A stretch of DNA of 64,000 nt from a virus (IMGVR_UViG_3300012007_000010:1-64000), one strand, 5' to 3'. Positions 1 to 8,119 are shown, counted from the first letter of the stretch. Program-made: numbers and translations. The notes: generated by a model from the sequence alone, not told the origin.

Positions 1-375
1 CAGCGCCTCGATGTAGCGGAACAGGTGGTCGGCCAGCGTCCGGCTGTCGGCATCGCGCGGCTGTCCGCCCTTCGCCTTCGAGAAATTCGTACATTCCAGG
101 CTCGCCCACAGCACCACCTTTGCCTTGGGGTACTGGCGGCGCTTCTTCTCCAGATGCTTCACCATCGGCGACAGCTCCAGCGTGCGGATGTCCTCGGTGA
201 AGTGGAGCGTGTGCGGATGGTTGGCCTTGTGCGACCTGATGGCATTCGCGTCGTGATTGACGCACGCCACCACCTCGGCGCACTTCCTCCCGTCCAGCCG
301 CGCATACTCTACGCCGCTCGACGTGCCTCCTGCCCCGCAGAACAGGTCGATGTATAATGCAGTTATTTGTTTCAT
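1..375 (-). CDS. DNA (cytosine-5)-methyltransferase, N-terminal part (CDS continues beyond window start)
   Basis: Hand translation of the reverse complement from ATG at 373-375: MKQITALYIDLFCGAGGTSSGVEYARLDGRKCAEVVACVNHDANAIRSHKANHPHTLHFTEDIRTLELSPMVKHLEKKRRQYPKAKVVLWASLECTNFSKAKGG. This carries C5-MTase motif I (DLFCGAGG = FxGxGG) and a motif-IV-like ECTNFS catalytic Cys region. Absent from the ORF track because it has no stop in the window. Confidence 0.55.
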   Translation of the reverse strand, partial: MKQITALYIDLFCGAGGTSSGVEYARLDGRKCAEVVACVNHDANAIRSHKANHPHTLHFTEDIRTLELSPMVKHLEKKRRQYPKAKVVLWASLECTNFSKAKGGQPRDADSRTLADHLFRYIEAL

Positions 376-403
376 TATCTCTTGTGTAGCTTTAAATTGT
401 TTG

Positions 404-1003
404 TCAATCCTCACTTTCTCCCGTCTCTATCTGCCGGATGCGCTCCTCGCAGATGTGAATGATCTTCTCGTAGTCCAGTCGGCGGGGGTCGGTCTGCTTG
501 TGGCGCAGCACGCGCTTGATGATGTCGCCGTCCCAGTAGTTCAGGCAGTACTCCAGGATGATACTCCACGGCTGGATGATGCGCTGCGAGTAGTCGCTCT
601 CGCCGACGTTATGCGAGCGCACTGATGTGTCGAGGATGCCCAGGCGGCGCAGTTGGCGGTAGAGGGTGGGGTTGATGGTGCAGTCGGCGGGGTCGTTCTC
701 GCGCTTCATCGGCTCCACCTTCTCCTCGGTTATCTGGCGGAGCGGCTTCGCGGCCTTTTGCTTCAGGGCGAGGTCGGAGGCGAGGATGGGCTTGGCGAAC
801 CCGTCGAACTTGACGAGCACTGCCTCGATGCCGCCCCAGTCGGTGTATTGTGCCACCACCTCGCCCTCGCAACCGTGCAGGGCGAGCATCGTGCCGCCGT
901 CGTCGGTTGCCAGTGCCAGTTGCAGGTCGGCGGTCACCTTCACGATGTCGCCGGGCTCAAACTTGGTTGTGTTGTTGTTCTCTGTCTGTTTCATATTGCT
1001 CAT
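404..1003 (-). CDS. hypothetical protein (199 aa)
   Basis: Long ORF with globular-looking composition, in the same orientation as its neighbours. No recognisable motifs. Confidence 0.55.
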   Translation of the reverse strand: MSNMKQTENNNTTKFEPGDIVKVTADLQLALATDDGGTMLALHGCEGEVVAQYTDWGGIEAVLVKFDGFAKPILASDLALKQKAAKPLRQITEEKVEPMKRENDPADCTINPTLYRQLRRLGILDTSVRSHNVGESDYSQRIIQPWSIILEYCLNYWDGDIIKRVLRHKQTDPRRLDYEKIIHICEERIRQIETGESED

Positions 1004-1304
1004 ATAAATGATAAATGCGTAATTCGTCTGTCAGTTGCTTTAGGGATTTCTTCTTTCGCCAGTCGTCATCGTTCTCATAGACGAGCTCGAAGGGCCGTGC
1101 CTGTCGCCAGTCTTTCCAGTCGAGCAGGTCGGGATCGACATCATCGCAGCAGTGACTGTGAGCTTCAAGGAACTTGTTCAGTTCCCTGCCTTTGGCTCCG
1201 TCGCTTTTTACGAAAAACCAGTCCATCCAATTCCCTCCCATTTTCGCGAGCATCATTTCTGCTCCGCATCCCTTGCATCTGAGGTACATTCTGTTATCTG
1301 CCAT
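957..1304 (-). CDS. hypothetical Cys-containing protein (115 aa)
   Basis: ORF with CKGCG...HSHCC cysteines. Small overlap with the downstream gene, as is typical of phage operons. Confidence 0.5.
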   Translation of the reverse strand: MADNRMYLRCKGCGAEMMLAKMGGNWMDWFFVKSDGAKGRELNKFLEAHSHCCDDVDPDLLDWKDWRQARPFELVYENDDDWRKKKSLKQLTDELRIYHLYEQYETDREQQHNQV

Positions 1305-1321
1305 ATTGCTCTTATAAATAA

Positions 1322-1954
1322 TTAAATGTTTTCTTCGTTATCTATCTCGCGGAAGCGGTCGCGGTTCTTGTGGTACACCACGAGCCAACCGATGTTGTCG
1401 AGTCCGCAGGTCAGCCCGAACACAAACATGGCCACCTGCAGCGATGGCATGCAGACGAGGGCGCAGACGTAGCCCACGATGCAGTAGATGCCGCACACCA
1501 CGTCGTTGTTGTTGTCGTACACCTCGCGCTCCTTCTCGTTCCACAGCTTGGGGCGGAAGGTCATCAGACACTTTCCGATGAACTCCGACACCAACGTGCC
1601 GTAGAGCAGGCAGGCGATGGCGAGTACCCACACGTTGTAGTCCACGAAGCATAACCACATGCCGACGAGGAAGCCTGCCGCTGACTCGATGATGCAGAGC
1701 ACCGTGAACCACCGGATAGCCCAGCGGCGCAGCCGGCCCTTCCATATCATGCCAATCACGAGACCCACAATGCTGTAGGTGAGCGACTGAAAGGCCAGCC
1801 ACTCGGCGGGCAACTCCGAAATCCACGCCTTGGTGATGGCGGGCTCAACATAAGTGTAGAGCAGTCCCGTGAAGAACAGCGTCGTCAGTGTCCACCGCTG
1901 GTTGTGGTCTGGGTGGATGTTGAAGAAGTCGAGTGTCTTGCGCAGTAGTTTCAT
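1322..1954 (-). CDS. integral membrane protein (210 aa, ~5 TM segments)
   Basis: Multiple long hydrophobic stretches (LLYTYV..., IVGLVIGMIW, FTVLCIIESAAGFLVGMWLCF, VLAIACLLYGTLV, VCGIYCIVGYVCALVCM). Confidence 0.55.
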   Translation of the reverse strand: MKLLRKTLDFFNIHPDHNQRWTLTTLFFTGLLYTYVEPAITKAWISELPAEWLAFQSLTYSIVGLVIGMIWKGRLRRWAIRWFTVLCIIESAAGFLVGMWLCFVDYNVWVLAIACLLYGTLVSEFIGKCLMTFRPKLWNEKEREVYDNNNDVVCGIYCIVGYVCALVCMPSLQVAMFVFGLTCGLDNIGWLVVYHKNRDRFREIDNEENI

Positions 1955-1963
1955 GTGGTCGTT

Positions 1964-2308
1964 CTATCGTTTACCGTTATTTTCTTTCATCCATTGCTCA
2001 GCCTGTTTGCACCAGTCCTGACCATGCGGACTGCGGCTGTACTCCGGTTGCCCCTTGGGGAAGCAGTCGGGGCAGAAGTACGCCCCGGCGGGGTTGGCAT
2101 CGTGCGTCGTGACGTGCCATCCGTGGTGGATGAGCCACTGCACGATGAGTACGGTCGTGGCGCAGCAGTAGGGTTTTAGCACGGAGTTTCGCTCTTTCTC
2201 TGAATACATATTGGGTATGTCAAGTGTCTTGCCGCACTTGTGGCATTTCACCTGTCCCACGCGGCTATCCATGCCGAGCCGCTTGCGTAATTTCTGAATT
2301 GCTGTCAT
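1964..2308 (-). CDS. hypothetical Zn-binding-like protein (114 aa)
   Basis: CHKCGK...CC...CPDC cysteine pairs. Preceded on the minus strand by the repeated early upstream element. Confidence 0.5.
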   Translation of the reverse strand: MTAIQKLRKRLGMDSRVGQVKCHKCGKTLDIPNMYSEKERNSVLKPYCCATTVLIVQWLIHHGWHVTTHDANPAGAYFCPDCFPKGQPEYSRSPHGQDWCKQAEQWMKENNGKR

Positions 2309-2372
2309 ATCGCTCTTTTGTTTTGGCCTGCTTTCGCAGGGAAATTGGTTAAAAATTAGATTAAAAATTCGT
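2305..2372 (-). promoter_or_regulatory. early-gene upstream element copy (GAATTTTTAAYCAATTTC + hairpin + AAAAGAGCGAT-ATG)
   Basis: Minus-strand ...cgaatttttaatctaatttttaaccaatttccctgcgaaagcaggccaaaacaaaagagcgatATG. Confidence 0.35.
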
Positions 2373-2732
2373 TCAGCCGTGCAGCTTCATGCCGTAGCGG
2401 TCGCGCATCAGTTTGTGCGCCCATTCGGGGATGCTGCTCTCGTCGTGCAGATGCTCGTGCATATAGTCCTCCAGCTCGCGGACGTAATGCTGCAGCAGAC
2501 TGGCGAACTCGGCCTCCGGCACGCAGCCGCCGTCGATGCCGAAGCGGCGCTGGATATACTTCACGTCGTTGGTAAACTTGCGATTGAGCACCATTTCTTC
2601 CTCGCCGCCGCCATGCACATAGACGATGGCGAAGATACGTGCCGCCGTGTCGCGGCTGATGTAGGGCAGGCCCACGCTCTCGAAAGCGGCGATGGTCTGC
2701 TCCTGCAGGGTATTGGCTTGTTCTCTGTTCAT
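2373..2732 (-). CDS. hypothetical protein (~119 aa); internal-Met start of the 391-aa ORF
   Basis: The N-terminal 270 aa of the 2373..3548 ORF is an Arg/Ala-rich GC artefact. The protein-like part begins at MNREQANTLQ. Its ATG overlaps the stop of the upstream gene (ATGA coupling). Confidence 0.45.
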   Translation of the reverse strand: MNREQANTLQEQTIAAFESVGLPYISRDTAARIFAIVYVHGGGEEEMVLNRKFTNDVKYIQRRFGIDGGCVPEAEFASLLQHYVRELEDYMHEHLHDESSIPEWAHKLMRDRYGMKLHG

Positions 2733-3619
2733 ATTGTCTTTCTGAATGTCTCGATGTCGTGTTTGAAATATCGCTGTAGAAACTGTATGCTCCGGCTGAC
2801 GCTGCAGCTGACCGTCGATAACGTGCAGCCCATGTCGCGGGCTATCTCTGAGGGTGTCTGTCCCTCCATGTAGCGGTGCAGGTAGGCTTGCCGCCGCTCG
2901 CCGGGCTGTATGTCGAACAGGCTGCGCTCGCATCGCGTCCTGTTGCTGTGCGGAAGCCAGTCCATTTCGTAGTGGGTCTCGCGCCACCGGCTGTGCTGCA
3001 GGTCGATGGCCCGCAGCCGACTCACCTTCATCCACAGCCCGATGAAGTCGTCGTCGGTGCGGATGGTCGGGTTGTGGCCGCTGGTGGTGATGTAAATGAA
3101 GGCTATCGACACCACGTCCTTGCAGTCGTCGAACGAGAGGCCGGTGGCGTAGTTCGTCGAGTAGCACACCTTCGAGAACTTCTGGCGGTAGATGTCCTTG
3201 CGGCTCTCCATCCGCTCCGTCCATTCGGGGTGCTGCTCCTGCTGCCGTGGGCGCAGGTTCTGCGGTCGCACGTCGTAGGGGTTGCCGTTCATGAACTCCA
3301 GCTCCACGTCGGGCTGCCATCGGTGCAGCGTGTAGGTGCAGTAGGTCAGCACTTGCAGCGGGAACCATGATTCGCGGTGGGGTGCGCTGCTCATGCGTGC
3401 CGCCTTGCCTCCCTTGTTGACCTGCACCTTTCGCGTCCTCGTGAGCCGTCGGCCCTGAATGGTCTGCATGCCGTAGAGGTCGCCCGTCTCGCTGACGTAG
3501 TAGGCGATGTTGCCTATCGTCTGGAAAGGCACGCGCTCCACCCTGCATCCGCTCCTGCGTCGCATCTCGTCGAGGGCCTGCGCCTCGGTGTCGCTGAAGA
3601 ATCCGTTACCTATGACCAT
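2729..3619 (-). CDS. putative HNH-like endonuclease / DNA-binding protein with C-terminal HTH (296 aa)
   Basis: LEFMNGNPYDVRPQNLR resembles the HNH_3/AP2-type motif (H.DGN..NNR.NLR). C-terminal GQTPSEIARDMGCTLSTVSCSVSR is a sigma-70-region-4-like HTH. The assignment is tentative. Confidence 0.4.
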   Translation of the reverse strand: MVIGNGFFSDTEAQALDEMRRRSGCRVERVPFQTIGNIAYYVSETGDLYGMQTIQGRRLTRTRKVQVNKGGKAARMSSAPHRESWFPLQVLTYCTYTLHRWQPDVELEFMNGNPYDVRPQNLRPRQQEQHPEWTERMESRKDIYRQKFSKVCYSTNYATGLSFDDCKDVVSIAFIYITTSGHNPTIRTDDDFIGLWMKVSRLRAIDLQHSRWRETHYEMDWLPHSNRTRCERSLFDIQPGERRQAYLHRYMEGQTPSEIARDMGCTLSTVSCSVSRSIQFLQRYFKHDIETFRKTI

Positions 3620-3662
3620 ATCGCCTAAATAATTAAATGGTAATTTCTGATAATCTCTTTCT

Positions 3663-4772
3663 TTAACCCTTGCGCTTGATTTTCGCGTTCATCTTCTCAA
3701 TCTCCTTGGCCTCTTTCGACATGGTGTTGAGCGTGCCGAGGATGATGGGCAGTTCGGTGTTATACACCTGCTCTGGAGAGCTGTAGCCCTGGTACTTCAT
3801 CACGGCGTTGATGGTGTCGGTCTCGCCTGTGAGGGCGGTGTGCAGGGGGTCGCTCTTGCCGCCGCCGAAGAGGAGGGGGAACACGGAGGGGTAGAAGTTC
3901 GCCACAGCAGTCTGCCAGACTTGGAAACAGATGTGGAAGAGGAGAGATGGCTGAAAGGCTACGGGTAGGCGCGTCAGCGGGAATTGGCTGATGGCTGATG
4001 GCTGATGGGTAGGCGCGTCAGCGGGAATTGGCTGATGTTCCTCACCTCTCAACTGGTTTTCCCAGAACGCCACGCTCGCTTCGGCCCGCTCGGCATCGTA
4101 GCGGAACGAGGGCTTGGTGTGGAATCGGTCGCCGGTGTCTGCCGTCGCCGGGGCGGGTACGAGGATGTAGGCCAGGAACTGCGCGTGAAGCGAGCGTGCC
4201 TCGTCGTCCGTCAGTCCGTCCTGCCACAGCTGCGGGGCGATGGCCTGCAGGCTTCGATATTGGTGCCAGGTGATGTTGGAGCACGCGCCCTGTGGCAGGG
4301 CGAAGGTGACGCCTGCCACCTCGACCGTCTCTTCCGTCAGCACCATTGCGTCCCGCCAGTCTTGCTGGTTGGGGTGGACGTAGCCCGGATGACCCTCGCG
4401 ACGCTCACGGATCACCTTGCCCTGCTCGTCACGCTCTTCCTTGTCGCCCTGGTCACCGTAGGGCCAGTCGAACCACGGCATCGTCTGCCGTGCGAGGTGT
4501 GCGAGTTCGCGGGCCGTCGCCGTCCACGTCTGCCCGTTCTGGTCCTTCAGGCGGTAAATGTTCTCGCCTGTCCGGCTTTCGGCAGGCTCGCGGCCTTCCA
4601 CGGTCAGTCCGCAGACGGCCAGCAGCCCTGCGGCCCGCGCCACGTCGGCATTGCCGCCGTAGCGCATCTTGGCATGCCAGCAGCCGCAGAGCTGGGGCCA
4701 CGAGAGCTCGCTCCAGGACTGGGGCACTGCGGGCAGCGCAGTGAGTACGTTTGTCTTTGAGGGTACGGCCAT
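3663..4772 (-). CDS. hypothetical protein (369 aa) containing a 23-bp duplication and (GCTGATG)3 heptanucleotide repeat
   Basis: Long ORF with protein-like composition. Internal DNA repeat at 3963-4037. Confidence 0.55.
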   Translation of the reverse strand: MAVPSKTNVLTALPAVPQSWSELSWPQLCGCWHAKMRYGGNADVARAAGLLAVCGLTVEGREPAESRTGENIYRLKDQNGQTWTATARELAHLARQTMPWFDWPYGDQGDKEERDEQGKVIRERREGHPGYVHPNQQDWRDAMVLTEETVEVAGVTFALPQGACSNITWHQYRSLQAIAPQLWQDGLTDDEARSLHAQFLAYILVPAPATADTGDRFHTKPSFRYDAERAEASVAFWENQLRGEEHQPIPADAPTHQPSAISQFPLTRLPVAFQPSLLFHICFQVWQTAVANFYPSVFPLLFGGGKSDPLHTALTGETDTINAVMKYQGYSSPEQVYNTELPIILGTLNTMSKEAKEIEKMNAKIKRKG

Positions 4773-4788
4773 AGTTCAGAGTTCAGAG

Positions 4789-5265
4789 TTAGTCCTCCAG
4801 ATACCATTTCAGAATTTCCTCGTCGCTGTCGCGGAAGAGTCCTTTGTTGTCGAAGATGTTGCCGATTACTTCCACCTTGGTCAGGTCAAGGTCGTAGAAG
4901 CACTTGTTGATGAAGTTGCTGATGCCACTTCTCTCCGATGATTTGAGCACGAACAGCATGACTTGAAACATGCCGACGGCATCGCCTGTGTCGCAGAACA
5001 CGACGCCCATGTAGTTGTCGTTGCCGTCGTCGCAGAACGGGTAATCGTCGGAGCGCAGTATGTCGCCCTCGTAGATGTCGCGTCCGTTCTTGTCCTTCAG
5101 GCCAGTGAACTGGCCAACAGACTGCGAGACGACCTCGTTATTTCGATACAAACCTTTGCATTCAGTCGGGAATACGTAGCATCCGCCAATGTTATCATGA
5201 ACAAGGTCGCCATATTCCCATTCCCCGTTATCAATCCTTTGTCCTCTGAATTTGATTGTTCTCAT
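4789..5265 (-). CDS. YopX-family phage protein (158 aa)
   Basis: KFRGQ...GEW.YG, KDKNGRDIYEGDI and the C-terminal VIGNIFDN motifs are characteristic of the YopX domain. Confidence 0.7.
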   Translation of the reverse strand: MRTIKFRGQRIDNGEWEYGDLVHDNIGGCYVFPTECKGLYRNNEVVSQSVGQFTGLKDKNGRDIYEGDILRSDDYPFCDDGNDNYMGVVFCDTGDAVGMFQVMLFVLKSSERSGISNFINKCFYDLDLTKVEVIGNIFDNKGLFRDSDEEILKWYLED

Positions 5266-5335
5266 ATCGCTCTTTTTTTTGTATCGCCTGTCGGCGAGAA
5301 ATTGGTTAAAAGTGAATAGTGAATAATGAAGAATT
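5266..5335 (-). promoter_or_regulatory. early-gene upstream element copy
   Basis: Minus-strand ...ttttaaccaatttctcgccgacaggcgatacaaaaaaaagagcgatATG, upstream of the YopX gene. Confidence 0.35.
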
Positions 5336-5337
5336 GG

Positions 5338-5748
5338 CTACCGCTCAGCATTAAGCAGTTCCGGGTTGTCATGGATATTGCCAACGACTTCTATGTAGTC
5401 CAGCTGATTACTGAGCAGTTCGCTGTCCTCTTCTATCAGCGTGAGCCACCCGCCATCGGAGTCCTTGCCTATCCATGCGCCGTTGTAGTATTCCACGCAG
5501 TAGGGCTGGCTGCTCCAGCCTTTGGCAGGGTCTCGCCAGTAGATGTCGCCCTCGTAGATGTCGCGTCCGTTCTTGTCGCGCAGTCCGGTGAACTCGCCTA
5601 CGGTGTCGGGGTCGATGACCAGACATCCCCTTTCGAGGCTCATAATGTGGGTATTGCCCTTGGTGTCCTTGTCGTAGAGGTTGCCGAAGAACCATTCTCC
5701 GTCTCTCGATGACTTGCCTCTGAATCTGATAGTTCTCATATCGCTCAT
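5338..5748 (-). CDS. YopX-family phage protein (136 aa), paralog
   Basis: IRFRGK..DGEWFFGNL, LRDKNGRDIYEGDI, VVGNIHDNPELL. Clearly paralogous to 4789..5265 and 62563..62940. Confidence 0.7.
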   Translation of the reverse strand: MSDMRTIRFRGKSSRDGEWFFGNLYDKDTKGNTHIMSLERGCLVIDPDTVGEFTGLRDKNGRDIYEGDIYWRDPAKGWSSQPYCVEYYNGAWIGKDSDGGWLTLIEEDSELLSNQLDYIEVVGNIHDNPELLNAER

Positions 5749-5802
5749 TTTTTTGTATCGCCTTACGGCGAGAAATTATCCAAAAATTATATTAAAAATT
5801 AT
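5749..5802 (-). promoter_or_regulatory. early-gene upstream element copy
   Basis: Minus-strand ...aataatttttaatataatttttggataatttctcgccgtaaggcgatacaaaaaaatgagcgatATG. Confidence 0.35.
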
Positions 5803-6222
5803 TCAGCCTCTTGCTCCTTGCTCAGGCTTGGCCCAATCGAGGCCGTGGTCGTGGAGCAGGTCGTCGAGCTCGAAGAGTGATTTCTTGCCGCCGTCGCGGA
5901 ATCTCAGCCAGTCAGTCCTGTGGAGCTTGCAAAGGTCGCCCAGCGTGTCGATGTCGTTGGCGACACAGATTTTGATGGTGCGCACACTAAGCTCGCAGTC
6001 CGCAATCCGTTTGGCCTTGATGTTGGCTTTCGGGTCAGGCTCAGTCGCAATTACGCCGTGGTTGACATCGTCGGCTGCCAGTTTTTCCAGATAGTCGGCC
6101 ACGTCGCGGCAAAGGTCGGTTACACGGACTGCCCCCGTGTCGGCAGGTTTGTTCTCGTTCTCCTTGGCGCACTGGCGTAGTGCTGCTATCGCCTTGTGCT
6201 GTGTTTCTTTTGTGATTTCCAT
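5803..6222 (-). CDS. RNA polymerase alpha-subunit C-terminal-domain-like (HhH) protein (139 aa)
   Basis: C-terminal CELSVRTIKICVANDIDTLGDLCKLHRTDWLRFRDGGKKSLFELDDLLHDHGL aligns with bacterial RpoA alphaCTD ([53 protein letters not shown]). ELSVR, LGDL and GKKSL.E are conserved. Confidence 0.65.
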   Translation of the reverse strand: MEITKETQHKAIAALRQCAKENENKPADTGAVRVTDLCRDVADYLEKLAADDVNHGVIATEPDPKANIKAKRIADCELSVRTIKICVANDIDTLGDLCKLHRTDWLRFRDGGKKSLFELDDLLHDHGLDWAKPEQGARG

Positions 6223-6376
6223 ATCGCTCTTTTGTTTTTGTCATCGTCTCTTTCGAGCCGAGAAATTAGTTAAAAAATTCTTTTAGTCGGCTGCCGCCTT
6301 TGTAAAAGCGGCAAAGCCGAGCGGGGTTAAAAATTCTTTCAGTCGCTTCGCTTGGTGAAAGCGCTAAAGCGAGTCT
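6223..6376 (-). promoter_or_regulatory. two tandem early-gene upstream element copies
   Basis: Two GTTAAAAA(A)TTC cores (6276-6290 and 6326-6345), each followed by a GC hairpin. Confidence 0.35.
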
Positions 6377-6679
6377 TCACTCTTCTTCCGCCGGCAGCAC
6401 CCTGAAGCCGTGCTTCTGGGCGTTGCGCTCCATGATGGGATGGCGCACGGTGTCGGCGAAGTAATAGATGTCGCGGCTGCCGGGGTCCACCTCGTAGCCT
6501 GCCTGCCGGAACTGGTATCGGTAGTGGCTCTTGTGCCAGTCGCGCTTGTTGTCCCACTGCTTCACCAGCTTCGTCTTCGGCTCCATGCCCCAGTGTATGC
6601 GGACGCGATCGCGACGGATGGTCTCGTTGCGCTTTTGGTGTATCTTCTGCATCATCGCCTTGTAGCGGCGTGGCGACAT
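6377..6679 (-). CDS. hypothetical basic protein (~100 aa from the internal Met; the ORF extends to 6751)
   Basis: W/Y/K/R-rich ORF overlapping the 3' end of the 6652..7185 gene in another frame. The start is uncertain. Confidence 0.4.
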   Translation of the reverse strand: MSPRRYKAMMQKIHQKRNETIRRDRVRIHWGMEPKTKLVKQWDNKRDWHKSHYRYQFRQAGYEVDPGSRDIYYFADTVRHPIMERNAQKHGFRVLPAEEE

Positions 6680-7185
6680 ACGGGTCTTGTTCGACTCTCC
6701 GGCTTGAAGCCCACGTTGCCGTAGTCGCCAGTACGCTTGCGCTCTGCCCACTGCTGACGTGCCCTCTCCGCAGCCCTTTCGCTCTCGCCGTGCTCACGGA
6801 ATGCGCGGGTGAAAGCCTCGCCTGCCACGCGCCGCATCCGGCGCATGAAGTAGTCGGTCTTCTTTAGTCCGTGCTTCTTGCGCACGTTGTTCAGCTGACT
6901 CTCGCTGATGCCGTACTTTTCCATGATGTCGCCGTTGCGGGTGTCGTGGAAGTGGCGTACTATCCACTGCTCCTCGCGCTCGGTCAGCCGGTGATAGGTG
7001 CCGTGCGTGGCGAGCTTGATGGCCGCCTGGTCTTTCTGCCATCCCCGTGGCCGTGCGAAGTGGTCCTGAATGGCATCGACCGACACGCCGAACATCTGGC
7101 TTAGTCTGCGGTTCGGTGTCACGGGGTAGAGCTGCTCCAGCTGCTGCACCTCCTCGTCGGATAGTTCACTGTAGTTTCTCATCAC
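6652..7185 (-). CDS. DNA-binding protein with two HTH-like segments (177 aa)
   Basis: RLSQMFGVSVDAIQDHF and IMEKYGISESQLNNVRKKHGL resemble HTH motifs. The Arg-rich C-terminus overlaps the next ORF. Confidence 0.5.
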   Translation of the reverse strand: MMRNYSELSDEEVQQLEQLYPVTPNRRLSQMFGVSVDAIQDHFARPRGWQKDQAAIKLATHGTYHRLTEREEQWIVRHFHDTRNGDIMEKYGISESQLNNVRKKHGLKKTDYFMRRMRRVAGEAFTRAFREHGESERAAERARQQWAERKRTGDYGNVGFKPESRTRPVCRHAATRR

Positions 7186-7207
7186 TGGTTATCGACTCCT
7201 TCGTTGC

Positions 7208-7372
7208 TCACTTCTGATATTTCTCCACGAGGCCGATGATGTCGCCGACGGTCTTCACGTGGATGATGTCGGGGTAGTCCATCACCTCCATCCGGCGGTA
7301 GAACTGTCTGTTGATAAGCCGGTTCGCCTCGATAGGCGACGGCTGCTTCTTTGCTTTGCGGTTGCTGGTCAT
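7208..7372 (-). CDS. small hypothetical protein (~54 aa, MTSNRKAKKQPSPIEANRLINRQFYRRMEVMDYPDIIHVKTVGDIIGLVEKYQK)
   Basis: Hand-translated ORF that fills a 200-bp gap between genes. It is below the ORF-track size cutoff. Coordinates are +/-1. Confidence 0.3.
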   Translation of the reverse strand: MTSNRKAKKQPSPIEANRLINRQFYRRMEVMDYPDIIHVKTVGDIIGLVEKYQK

Positions 7373-7390
7373 CGTTCAGTCCTCCTTTCG

Positions 7391-8119
7391 TTATTCATCA
7401 TCGTCATCATAGTCCTGTGGCTCGTGAGTGTAGTAGTTCTCTATATATTCAGCCTCGTGCTCGGTGTAGCAGTGGCCTTCATAGAGCCGGTACTTCTGCT
7501 GACCGTCCTCGGTACGGATCATCGTAACCTTCGGGTAGTATTTGGCTGGATATATCCTGCCCTTGATGGCGTAGAGTCCGCCCTCGACTACTTCCTCGTA
7601 TTTGGGGCACGGCACCATCTTGTCATCGTCAATCTCCCACACGGCGCATCTCGGTCCGATGTCCTTGCCGCCCATCATATAGCAGCGTCCGTCCTTTGCT
7701 TTCAGACACTTGCTGCAGCTGCCTTCTGGTTGGTCGGTGGTCAGCTCCACGGACAGCACCTCGTCACACCAACCACGGTAGTCTCCCTTACCATAGAAGC
7801 AAGGTGCGACATGCCCTGCATCGTCAATGCGATAACCGTTGAACACTCCCATAATAGTATAGGTGGCACCCAATGCGCATTTCTTCATCTTGCGATAGCC
7901 CTCCGTCATCCGCTTGCGTGACTCCTCCGTCACCCGTGCCGTCACCTTGATGCGCTGGAACCGCTTCAATGGCAGCGGCTGATGCTCGGCGATGTATTGC
8001 AGTTTCATGTCAAGAATCTTCTTGTCGCGCCGACGGATTTTTGCCTCTATCGACCGTGCTATCTTCTTTTGCTCGTCCTCCAGCATCTTCACCTGCTGGG
8101 TCAGTTCTTTGTAATCCAT
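7391..8119 (-). CDS. hypothetical protein with N-terminal coiled coil, Cys-rich, C-terminal DYDDDDE tail (242 aa)
   Basis: Long ORF with many Cys (CFYGKGDYRGWC, CSKC, CPKY, HC). Confidence 0.55.
   Translation of the reverse strand: MDYKELTQQVKMLEDEQKKIARSIEAKIRRRDKKILDMKLQYIAEHQPLPLKRFQRIKVTARVTEESRKRMTEGYRKMKKCALGATYTIMGVFNGYRIDDAGHVAPCFYGKGDYRGWCDEVLSVELTTDQPEGSCSKCLKAKDGRCYMMGGKDIGPRCAVWEIDDDKMVPCPKYEEVVEGGLYAIKGRIYPAKYYPKVTMIRTEDGQQKYRLYEGHCYTEHEAEYIENYYTHEPQDYDDDDE

Noticed and set aside
2373-3548. 391-aa ORF read as one protein
   Set aside because: The N-terminal 270 aa is Arg/Ala/Pro/Gly-rich frame noise overlapping the better 296-aa gene in another frame. Only the C-terminal ~119 aa from the internal Met, whose ATG overlaps the upstream stop, looks genuine.
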